Below are positions 1 through 8,992 of a DNA stretch of 64,000 bases, piece by piece. This stretch comes from Macrostomum lignano (taxonomy: Eukaryota), in the NCBI GenBank assembly GCA_002269645.1, contig NIVC01000033.1:733335-797334 (forward strand), in the 5' to 3' direction. The position numbers and the translations under genes are program-made. The stretch's first letter is position 1. Each line of letters begins with the position of its first letter. The notes under the pieces were generated by a model. That model was not told the origin of the DNA, did no database searches, and worked only from the letters and a program-made list of their open reading frames with translations.

Positions 1-183
<183 letters not shown>

Positions 184-318
184 TATTTCAGTGCAGTCGA
201 GAAGCAAAATGTTGAGCTGGTGGAAATTTTACTGGATTGTGTAAGCTAACTTTTCTACTTGCAGTAGTAAGCCTTGTTCACTTTTGCGTTAAACTTTAGT
301 TCAGACAATTGATTTCAG

Positions 319-1451
319 CACGCAGACGCGGCCCTGCAGGACGTCGAGTTTCGCACCGCCCTCCACGTGGCCTGCCAGGCCGGGCATGTCGCGGCGATTC
401 GAGCGCTGCTGCAGCGAAGCGCCGGTAGCCTCGCCTGCCGCGACTCGGAAATGCGCACCTGCCTGCACCTGCTGGCCGGCCGGCCTCACGCTGTTGAGGC
501 CTTCACCGAGCTGGCCAGCTGCTGCCCGGAGGCCGAGCTGCGAGCGGCGCTGGCGCTCGAGGACTCCCGTAACGAGAGCGTCTTGCACGCGGCTGTCAGG
601 GCCTGCAACGCTGAGGTTGGTGCCTGCACGGAGTCAGTTGAATGCTCACTTTATTGTGTACTCGAACGGTAGGGTTAGGTTGACATTAGACTCAGCAGAT
701 AGGTGGAATACGAACGTGAGTCTTGGCTGAGGTAAACTGTAGGTAACTTGAGTAGATTAGGGGTAGAGTTGGAAGCAACCTGAGAAGCCTTGAGTAAAGC
801 TGGTAGTAGCTTGGGTAGCTTGAAGTTAGTTAAAGTAGAGTTTCAGGTAGCCTGAGTAGCGTAAGGTAGCCGAATTGAAGTCTCCAGACTGATAACACTG
901 CATCATTTGGTTCCAACTCCCAGCATCACTGCGTCAATTCAGCGACTCTGCTGGCGGCCCGCAGCGGCCACTTTGAGTTTTTGAATTATCTGCTCAGCGA
1001 GCACAGCGTGGATGTCAACTGGACGTGAGTTTAGCAGCTCATTAATTGCTGCATGCTGTGCGGCAGCATAATAAATCTTTTAGAGGCACTAATAATACGA
1101 AGCCAGATCCCCGTACTCCATAGCCTACGACCTCAAAACTCCTTAATCTTACTCGTAAAATCCCTAACATCCGGGATACCGAGATGCCAGCATCCAGTCA
1201 ATGAATCAAGGTAGCAAAGGATCAAGATCCCAACAGATCAAGGTCCCTACAGATCACGATCACAGCACATCAAAAAACCTGACAGATTAGATCCCTGAGG
1301 GGAAATCCTAGCAGACCGTGATACCCCAACTGGCCAAGTTTCCCATCTCCAGTCTGATTTCTAACACCTAGGGACGAGTTCGGCTGCTCAGCACTGATGC
1401 TGGCTGTGTCCGGCGGCCACTTGGACATGGCGGCTCGACTGCTCGAGGCTG
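319..1451 (+). pseudogene. TRPA: TRPA-like ion channel gene, 5' ankyrin-repeat exons (319-615, 924-1024, 1372-1451); third exon interrupted by Polinton E1
   Basis: GT-AG bounded, phase-compatible exons encode ankyrin repeats: DVEFRTALHVACQAGH, ATLLAARSGHFEFLNYLL, DEFGCSALMLAVSGGHLDMAARLLEA. Confidence 0.85.
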
Positions 1452-2075
1452 AGTAGAAGGCATGAGGGGGCTTTTGGGACAAAATTTTTCACATCCTCCA
1501 TAATCCCATTAAATCCATCTATATTATCCCTGACAGAATCAGAAAAAAGGGGGGTTGCACTCGCTCACAAAACGTCCTCCATAATCCCATTAAATCCATC
1601 CATATTATCCCTGACAGAATCAGAGCAAAACAGGTGTCCTACTGTAATGCTCTGAGGGTTTATGCTCTGAGCATAACAGCTCCAAATCCACCCATAGCAT
1701 CTTCGAAACAATCAGAAAATAATCTGCATTCTTCTCCCCACATTCAATCCGCAACGTGCTACCAGATCCCAAGGACTTTAAATCATCAGCGCAGGGTCCT
1801 TACCCTTTGAAAAAATCTAAATTTTCTCTAAAAATGTTTCCAGTTGTCTCTCCAGGTTCTTATTACAAAGCGCATGAGCCTAATTTCAAGAGCAAGTACC
1901 GATGCAAACTTGAATGCAGCGAGTACATGAGAAAATATTGGCCCGGCGTTGATATCAATGCCTCTAATATTAATCAAGCTCTCCAAAGACACTGGTTTCT
2001 TAAGTATGGAGTAACCTACGTAAAAGATTTTGACAGCTATTATAACTTTGCTGAAGTTATAAGGCAGTTGTAGTA
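1452..2075 (+). repeat. E1 left terminal inverted repeat (~620 bp) with ~80-bp subterminal tandem units
   Basis: Reverse complement of 16530-16969 plus 21296-21554; imperfect. Confidence 0.9.
1834..2073 (+). CDS. TIR-encoded ~79-aa orphan protein (copy 1)
   Basis: MFPVVSPGSYY...KCKLECSEYMRKYWP...; intact in all four TIR arms. Confidence 0.7.
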   Translation: MFPVVSPGSYYKAHEPNFKSKYRCKLECSEYMRKYWPGVDINASNINQALQRHWFLKYGVTYVKDFDSYYNFAEVIRQL

Positions 2076-2134
2076 GCCAACTACAAGGATGTACCTGGCG
2101 GCTTATATCGTAATTTTACAAGTCTGAAGACGAC

Positions 2135-2992
2135 TCACATTCTCTCAATAATAATTGTTAGCACAAACTCTTCCCCGTTAAAATCGACACCAACGCCATC
2201 CTCTGTTTCAAACTGCAGAATGATTTCATGTATCTCTCTATTACTCAGAATCACTCTTTTCACGGGGTTTGGCTTTTGCACAAGCATTTTGCCACCAGCA
2301 ACAGAGTTTGAAATGTTAAAAAGTATGTTGCTTCGTTTGCCCTTGAATATCCAATCATGGCTCAGATTGCTGCGAATTAATATATTCAAACCTTTGACAA
2401 TGTCAGCGATATTTGGCGCCAAGTACATACCGGATATTAGCCGGGACACAGCAACAGTGCCAGGCGCCTGCAGCGGGCTTTGGTCTGTGGCGCCACCATA
2501 AACTCTCTTTTCAAATCCCAACTCGCGATACCAAGTGTCATCTTTAAACTCTACCTCTGCGTCCTTATGAACTTGCAAGACAACTCTCATGACAGTTAGA
2601 TCATAAGTTAATCTAACAGGGAACAGTTTATTTTCTGGTTTGCTTTCATCCGGTATCTCAAAATGCTTTCGTTTAGTGAAGACGTTCTCCAAGAAGTAAT
2701 TATAAGTATCCACGCTCTGTGTGCTGACAGGAAATATCACAACCTCTGTTGTAGTACGCTTCCATTTGTAATAAAACTTGTTATTTTCCGCTGTCACATT
2801 GGGAACATTTGACCACCCAGTGAAATCATTGAGATAGACGTGGTAATTCGCCTCGGGATCCAAACGAAGTGGTTGCTCCAATTTTTGAATGAAGATTCCG
2901 TTTGACTCAGTAATGCGACCCGCTACAGTGATTGGAATGCTCTCCTTAGAGTGTGAAACAATGTTGTTCAGTCTTTCGGCTATGGCTTCCAT
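2135..2992 (-). CDS. Putative minor capsid (penton, single jelly-roll) protein
   Basis: Beta-rich 285 aa ORF directly downstream of the MCP; Polinton penton-like motifs (FTGWSNVPNV, NKFYY, LILRSNL...GK..NIL, IHEIILQF...VDFNGE); homolog in E2. Confidence 0.7.
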   Translation of the reverse strand: MEAIAERLNNIVSHSKESIPITVAGRITESNGIFIQKLEQPLRLDPEANYHVYLNDFTGWSNVPNVTAENNKFYYKWKRTTTEVVIFPVSTQSVDTYNYFLENVFTKRKHFEIPDESKPENKLFPVRLTYDLTVMRVVLQVHKDAEVEFKDDTWYRELGFEKRVYGGATDQSPLQAPGTVAVSRLISGMYLAPNIADIVKGLNILIRSNLSHDWIFKGKRSNILFNISNSVAGGKMLVQKPNPVKRVILSNREIHEIILQFETEDGVGVDFNGEEFVLTIIIERM

Positions 2993-3013
2993 TTTTTTAT
3001 TGAAAAAAATTAT

Positions 3014-4304
3014 TCAAACTTTACTAGACGAGTTATTGATCATATTGACCTTGATCTTCCTCTCAAATGCATAGATAATAAACAGATCAACAGCCGTTGC
3101 GGCACCAAATTCTTTCCGCTCGATATTAGTCACAATGTTAACAGGGCTATTGTCTGTAGGCATTTGTCTAGCAGTCACATCAACACCAAATATTGGATAT
3201 AGTTTTTTATACTGCAAGGTTGTCAAAACAATACCGTTATTCTCTTTGACAGCCAAGTCCGACAGTTCATTGTAAAACTTACTAATCTTGTTCTCCGAGA
3301 AATTCCCATTTTGTGGCAATGCAGGGTATAAATTGTCACTGATCTCATGCTGAATCGATCGAATGTTTCCATGTAGAAATCTACCTACATTAGTTGTATT
3401 CCTCATAGTGACAATAATGTACCTTGGATTGCTACAGGAGCCTTCTTTAATGCAAATATTGTGTCTTGCGTCATTCCGCTCATCTCTGCACATATAAGCT
3501 GTATAAGCAACATCAATGTCTTTCTCAATCGCCTTCAAGTATTCAGCTTTGAGTGCAGTCTTGGGCTCAATCTAAGTACAGCTCCACGCTAGTTAGCTTA
3601 ATCTCCATCGATGTATGATTGGCCCCCGACCAAATTCCTCTGTTCCGATCATCTCTAGTCAGTCTAAATGTGTAGCTAAAGTTGCTTGTCAACCGATTGA
3701 AACTATTACAGAAACCACTCATAAACCTCAAAGGTACAAAAATATCTACACACCTAAACAACGGATTCTTAGCAGCATCGTTCTCACCAGCAAGAGCATA
3801 GTTGTATCTCTCCTTTCTCTTTTTGTAACCAGGGTCATTCTCATCTCCTGTCTGTTCATTGGGGATGAATCCAGCACCGCTCCCCATCTGAATAAAATCC
3901 GGGTTCTCAATCAAGCACTGGGTATCATAGACCACACCAAAGTTTGCTATTCTTTCCAACTCTGTACTTCCATTGGACACATTAAACTCTTTGAACATAT
4001 AAGCCCAGAAATTACTGGTTAGTGCGACATCCGCATTGTGTAGATCATCATTAGCATGAGCGGCGTCTGCGCCTCCTTTAGTTTTGAATTGAAACGTCAT
4101 ATAGAAGCCGCTCCTTAGACTGTGGACACTGACCAAAGACGAACATCCATTGTATGTAAATGTCAGTGTTTGGCCAGGACCAAGATTAGTTTCATTCTGA
4201 TTTTCCTGACTGGGAACTCTTACCTGAGTCGCTTTGATTGTGCTATCATCACTCAAAATAGGCTTGTTAATTTTGTAGGGAACTGGTGTCAGTGGGTCGT
4301 TCAT
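3014..4304 (-). pseudogene. Putative major capsid protein (double jelly-roll), split by a 5-nt deletion near 3570
   Basis: The 245-aa and 174-aa ORFs are collinear with the intact 428-aa ORF of E2. E2 reads GAAGTCATTGAG where E1 reads GATTGAG. Size and position next to the ATPase and penton fit an MCP. Confidence 0.78.
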
Positions 4305-4334
4305 TTTTTAACTAAAAATAAAATAAAATAAGAA

Positions 4335-5552
4335 ATGAAGCGGAAAAGTACACAGCAGATATCTGAATTGGAGAAGCTAGCACAAGCAGAGAAACGAGTT
4401 ACCGGGCTAATAAATAAGGAGCAACAATCCTACAATGAGTTTGTCCAAGCAGCCACAGAGTTTCATAAACCCGGGTATGGAGAAGCTAAGAAAAATATTG
4501 ATCAGGTCAAAGAAACTATCGACGACATACAGGAAACCCAAGTGCAAAAGGTTTTGGGCAAAATTCCAGAAGCACCACAGATACAGCCGCAACCACAACA
4601 ACCACAACCACATCAATCACAACTAAAAGTGACAGATAACATTTTTGGACCAGTAGAGCGTGTCGAACATGATGGGAAATATGTATTTGGAATAAGTATG
4701 TGGAGAAGAAACATTTATAATGAACCAGTGGAATATTATATCGACATAAATAAGAAACATATTTCTGTTGTCAAAGGCTCGGAAACTAAGAGCATTCCTT
4801 TCACAGAAACCTTACTGACTTTTATGACCAAGAACCAAGAGAGAATCTCGGACAAACAGCTAAAGAACTATAGAGATCTAGTGACTTTTTCTCTTGCTAG
4901 AGATATAGCAATACTAAAGGCCCCAGAAGTCCTGAGACTTATGTATGATAACGGTGTCAACCTGACTAGATTCAAAAAGTACAATCACTTTAAACAATGG
5001 TTCGATTTGCCAGATCAGGGGGAAGTCATTGATCAGATGAAATATCTAGAACAACAGCAACAGCAACCACAACAACAACAACGACCGCCACAACAGCAGC
5101 AACATTTCACAGAAGAACAAGTACTCAGTCAACTGGAAAATGCAGATCCGACTCAAGTAGCTAAATATAAAAATGATCACCCAACAGACTGGCAACGCTT
5201 AGAACAACACTCTCCAGATCGAATGAACAGAATCAAGCAAAGAGTTTTCACACCTCAACAAAGACAGGCACCACATGACAGTTCCATCTCTGAAAGTGAG
5301 CAGTCTTTTGCATCACCTCCCCAGCAGCTACAAGCCCAACCAACTCCACAACCCCAAGACCAACCGCCCTCAACTGGAAAAGGAATTTCTGAAATCTACA
5401 AGCGAGTAGCGCTTCTTCTAGGAGCGGCAAAGACCGGAATGAAAGATGAAAATAGAAAAGAATTTGTCAACATCCTGGACAAAATGCTTGAGAGAAAATA
5501 CATCGATAAGAGGGCGAGAGAGCTTCTGCTTTCGCGGTTCAACAAAAAATAA
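4335..5552 (+). CDS. Gln/Pro-rich conserved Polinton protein
   Basis: 405 aa, homologous to E2 40286-41485; C-terminal GKG...KRxALLLGAAKTG...EFVNILDKML domain. Confidence 0.75.
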   Translation: MKRKSTQQISELEKLAQAEKRVTGLINKEQQSYNEFVQAATEFHKPGYGEAKKNIDQVKETIDDIQETQVQKVLGKIPEAPQIQPQPQQPQPHQSQLKVTDNIFGPVERVEHDGKYVFGISMWRRNIYNEPVEYYIDINKKHISVVKGSETKSIPFTETLLTFMTKNQERISDKQLKNYRDLVTFSLARDIAILKAPEVLRLMYDNGVNLTRFKKYNHFKQWFDLPDQGEVIDQMKYLEQQQQQPQQQQRPPQQQQHFTEEQVLSQLENADPTQVAKYKNDHPTDWQRLEQHSPDRMNRIKQRVFTPQQRQAPHDSSISESEQSFASPPQQLQAQPTPQPQDQPPSTGKGISEIYKRVALLLGAAKTGMKDENRKEFVNILDKMLERKYIDKRARELLLSRFNKK

Positions 5553-5568
5553 ATTATTTCAAGTAAAA

Positions 5569-5973
5569 ATGCCGATTATTTTTGAGAAAGACGTGGACAA
5601 ATACTATGACAAAGAGGAACTTAATCTCATTAAATGCGGATCTGGACTTTTCCCTGCAGGCCACTATCCAAGAAAAGAACGCTCTGGGAATGGCCTTGCT
5701 GATTTGATCGCTCAGGGGGCTAAGATTTTTAAGGTCATTGGAGAGAACAAAGAGAACATCAAGAACGTTGCCGAAGCGGCTGGCAGTGTAGCCACAGCAG
5801 CCAAAAAGATAAAGGATACTGTAAGTGTAACACCTAAACAAGAGATTCAACCTCCACTGGCCCCGCTGGCCCCGCTGGCTTCGCTGGCCCCAAATCCAGA
5901 CAGTGTGGACCCTGCAGTCTATGAGAAGATGAGAGCAAGCATTAAAAAAGGAAGTGGTTTCAAATTTGACTAA
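5569..5973 (+). CDS. Small putative virion core/membrane-active protein with GxG motifs
   Basis: Homologous to E2 39889-40269; GSG/GNG motifs followed by the amphipathic helix LADLIAQGAKIFKVIG. Confidence 0.65.
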   Translation: MPIIFEKDVDKYYDKEELNLIKCGSGLFPAGHYPRKERSGNGLADLIAQGAKIFKVIGENKENIKNVAEAAGSVATAAKKIKDTVSVTPKQEIQPPLAPLAPLASLAPNPDSVDPAVYEKMRASIKKGSGFKFD

Positions 5974-5998
5974 AGGTACTTTCCGAGGGTACAAGACT

Positions 5999-6168
5999 AG
6001 TCCCGAAATGACACATCTAAGTCCCAAAATGACACATTTAAGTTCCAAAATGACACATCTAAGTCCCAAAATGACACATCTAAGTCCCAAAATAACACAT
6101 CCAAGTCCCAAAATGACACATCTAAGTCCCAAAATGACACATCTAAGTCCCGAAATGACACATCTAAA
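5999..6168 (+). repeat. 21-bp tandem repeat (ATGACACATCTAAGTCCCAAA), ~8 copies
   Basis: Seen directly; intergenic, upstream of the ATPase. Confidence 0.95.
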
Positions 6169-6201
6169 TGATTTATTATTTAATTTTTTTTCATAGAAAA
6201 A

Positions 6202-7002
6202 ATGGACTTTTCAAACGACTTCAATCCTCACTGGACGCGTAATCAGATTAAGTTTTCTCATCACGAGTCAATTCCGAGTCATTTCAGATGCATTGTTGTT
6301 GGTTCATCAGGTTCAGGTAAAACATTCAGAGTCTTTAACATGCTTCTTAGACCTGGCTTTATCGACTATGACACTCTGCACATCTACTCTCCCACACTGT
6401 ATCAAGATGAGTATAAAATGCTGATTTCTGGATTGCAAAACAAACTGAACAAAGAGGACATTATTCAATGTTTTAATAACCAACAAATCCTTCCCAGCAA
6501 CCCAGAAATTGTAGCTGCTGAATATGCAAAGCACCTCAAAGACAATGAAAAATGGCAGAACATTAAAGTGTTCACCTATGGAGATCCACAGGCTGATCCA
6601 AAGACCAAACTTCTACCCCAACCAGATGAGCTAGAAAAGGGGAGAAAGCATTTGATCGTCTTTGATGATTGTATGACAGGCCCACAGAAGCAGATAGAAA
6701 ACTATTTTACAAGAGGGCGACATAACAATTGTAATGTAATTTACATTGCACAGAACTGGTTCGAGCTCCCGAACAAAACAATTCGTGGGAACTGCAATCT
6801 GATTCTCCTGTTTCCAACCATTCCACAGGACAGGTTAAAAAGATTTTACAATGAGGTCATTGCGCCTGCCTATTTCATAAATCCAACAAAAAACTCAAGC
6901 AGAAAGATTTCACAAGAGGAATTCGTTAATCTTTGCTATGACAAGTGGAATCAGCCTTACCAGTTTGTGATTATCAGCAAAGAAAAAAGAACTGTAATTT
7001 AA
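6202..7002 (+). CDS. A32/FtsK-like genome packaging ATPase
   Basis: Walker A GSSGSGKT, Walker B LIVFDD, and motif RGRH...VIYIAQ. Confidence 0.93.
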   Translation: MDFSNDFNPHWTRNQIKFSHHESIPSHFRCIVVGSSGSGKTFRVFNMLLRPGFIDYDTLHIYSPTLYQDEYKMLISGLQNKLNKEDIIQCFNNQQILPSNPEIVAAEYAKHLKDNEKWQNIKVFTYGDPQADPKTKLLPQPDELEKGRKHLIVFDDCMTGPQKQIENYFTRGRHNNCNVIYIAQNWFELPNKTIRGNCNLILLFPTIPQDRLKRFYNEVIAPAYFINPTKNSSRKISQEEFVNLCYDKWNQPYQFVIISKEKRTVI

Positions 7003-7018
7003 AATTTGCTATTAAAAG

Positions 7019-7759
7019 ATGTCAATAAACTTTGCAGGTGAATCCATTTCTGGCAACAGCGCTCTTACATCAGCTCAAATATCCATCCTTGACAGGCGAT
7101 ATATCAACAGCGACGAAGAGATCCCAGAGATCAAACTGAATAAAAACAGATTGAAACAATTAGAACGCTCCATGCACAAGCTACAGATAAACATAGAAGA
7201 TCTCCGCATAAAAGTAGCCAGGCAGAAGTTTGAAAGTGATAAGCTTTATGTACAGGTTGTACACGCAACTAATGAACTAAGGTCAGAAATAACTTCGATA
7301 GTCTCGCAAATCAACGGTTTAAGAACAAATTTAGCATCGACAATTAATCTTCTGAGAAACTCCATTGATAGGCGGATGCGCATTCTTGAAGGAGTTTTCA
7401 CAAACACAGCTAAAGTGAATAATTTAGAAGAGTTCATGAACCAGTCAACAGCGTTGCATGATAGAATTAAAGAAAACGTCGCAACCAACACAGGTAAAGT
7501 GAGGAATTTAGAAGAGTTCATGACTCAGTCAACAGCGTTGCATGATCAAATCAAAGTAAGAATTACTGCAAATAAAGTCTTTGTAGATTTAATTTTTACC
7601 GAATGGCAGAAATCGGTGAGAAGAATCGGTCGTCTTGAACGCTTGCATAATCTCAAAAACATTGACGCTGAAGAGGCACCACAGACCACAAGGGAAACAA
7701 GTGATCCAACCGACTTGTTTGAGATCATGCGTAGAATGGAGCTCACAGATAATGAATAG
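7019..7759 (+). CDS. Coiled-coil (fibre-like) protein with a 28-aa internal duplication
   Basis: Heptad-rich; TNTAKVNNLEEFMNQSTALHDRIKENVA repeated; homolog at 37975-38784. Confidence 0.7.
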   Translation: MSINFAGESISGNSALTSAQISILDRRYINSDEEIPEIKLNKNRLKQLERSMHKLQINIEDLRIKVARQKFESDKLYVQVVHATNELRSEITSIVSQINGLRTNLASTINLLRNSIDRRMRILEGVFTNTAKVNNLEEFMNQSTALHDRIKENVATNTGKVRNLEEFMTQSTALHDQIKVRITANKVFVDLIFTEWQKSVRRIGRLERLHNLKNIDAEEAPQTTRETSDPTDLFEIMRRMELTDNE

Positions 7760-7867
7760 GCAGATTCAGAGACCTGTTGCCGTCACTGCAGACGAAGCAA
7801 TCAACCGTAAAACAAATCTAACCACCACCAACTAGTTGCCGATTTTTTTTAAAAAATTCCCTAAAAA

Positions 7868-8524
7868 ATGGATGCTCAAAATTCTCTTTATGATCCGAAC
7901 GCTCCCACAACACCTAGTGCACCTAGTGCACCCCAATATGAGCAACAAAAACTCTACCCCGTCATTACTTGTAACTCTCAACAGTTTCGACTAGTGGAGA
8001 TTCAAAAAATGCGCGATGATCTTGAAAAAAATATTTTCCACAACACAAAGAAAATTAAGCGCTATGACAACCACTGTAAATTTTTCGACTACAGCAATAT
8101 GATTCTAGGATCTGTGTCTGTTCTATCTGGATCTGCTGCAGCTGTCTCAGTGTTGCCAGTCATCACAGCCCCAATCGCAATCCCACTCGGCTCTGTGGGT
8201 GCTGCATGTGGACTTATTTCAGCAATTACTGGAGCAGTAGCGCGAAACAGGCGAAAAAAACTAAAGCAGCTACAGGAGAAGCAAGTAAAAGAGAAAGGGG
8301 TGCACACATCAATCATAGGGTACATTTCAAGGGCAATCGAGGATAAGTTCATTTCAGAGGATGAGTTCAAAACCATTCAGGATCTTTATGAACAATCAAT
8401 TCGAATGAACTTGAACATGGTCGGTACTGATGACATGAGTCAGCTGAGAAATGAACTCGAGAAAGTTCTTCAACATTATGTGGAAAGAAGGACAACGAGA
8501 AGTACAACGAGAAATGCACAATGA
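7868..8524 (+). CDS. Putative membrane protein with PSAP/LYP motifs
   Basis: 218 aa; N-terminal PSAPSAP and LYPVI, coiled segment, long Ala/Gly-rich hydrophobic stretch, then ISRAIED..ISEDEF. Confidence 0.7.
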   Translation: MDAQNSLYDPNAPTTPSAPSAPQYEQQKLYPVITCNSQQFRLVEIQKMRDDLEKNIFHNTKKIKRYDNHCKFFDYSNMILGSVSVLSGSAAAVSVLPVITAPIAIPLGSVGAACGLISAITGAVARNRRKKLKQLQEKQVKEKGVHTSIIGYISRAIEDKFISEDEFKTIQDLYEQSIRMNLNMVGTDDMSQLRNELEKVLQHYVERRTTRSTTRNAQ

Positions 8525-8527
8525 ACC

Positions 8528-8989
8528 CTATGAAACACAGCCAAGAATAATTTCCTTGTAGGTCTTTCGTGTTTTGGTCATTGCATACAAAACAGTCATG
8601 CACAGCTCACCGCAAATATCACTGCTAAGACCTTGGAGAATAAAGTCTGAGCGATAAATTTTTTTATTATTTTTTCCCTTCATATAATTTCTTAGCTCTT
8701 CTGGTACTGCCGTCCCATAGCTATCGAAGTAATAACACTTGTGCTTGCGATCGGGATCAATCACCCAGCAAACCCAATGAGATCCTGGCTTATCGGTGCT
8801 GTCAAAGTTCATGATGCCGCATTCTTTTCTTAGAGGAAAATCAGGCAGAGTGTCCCTCATAAATATTCCTCTAAAGTTTGGGATTTCCAGTTCGTTAGCC
8901 AAATCTTCAAGAAAGTTATTTGTTGTCATTTTTATGTTATTTTTATGAGGTTTATTAAACTTTCTCTCAAACCTAAACCCAATATCCAC
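8528..8989 (-). CDS. Adenain-like (C5) cysteine protease
   Basis: GSHWV, YFDSYG, LQ...ICGELC give the His-Asp-Gln-Cys catalytic set. Confidence 0.92.
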   Translation of the reverse strand: MDIGFRFERKFNKPHKNNIKMTTNNFLEDLANELEIPNFRGIFMRDTLPDFPLRKECGIMNFDSTDKPGSHWVCWVIDPDRKHKCYYFDSYGTAVPEELRNYMKGKNNKKIYRSDFILQGLSSDICGELCMTVLYAMTKTRKTYKEIILGCVS

Positions 8990-8992
8990 CTC

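Noticed and set aside
5554-6196. 192-aa and 80-aa ORFs with CVILGLR/MTHLSPK repeats
   Set aside because: Translations of the 21-bp VNTR and antisense of a real gene.
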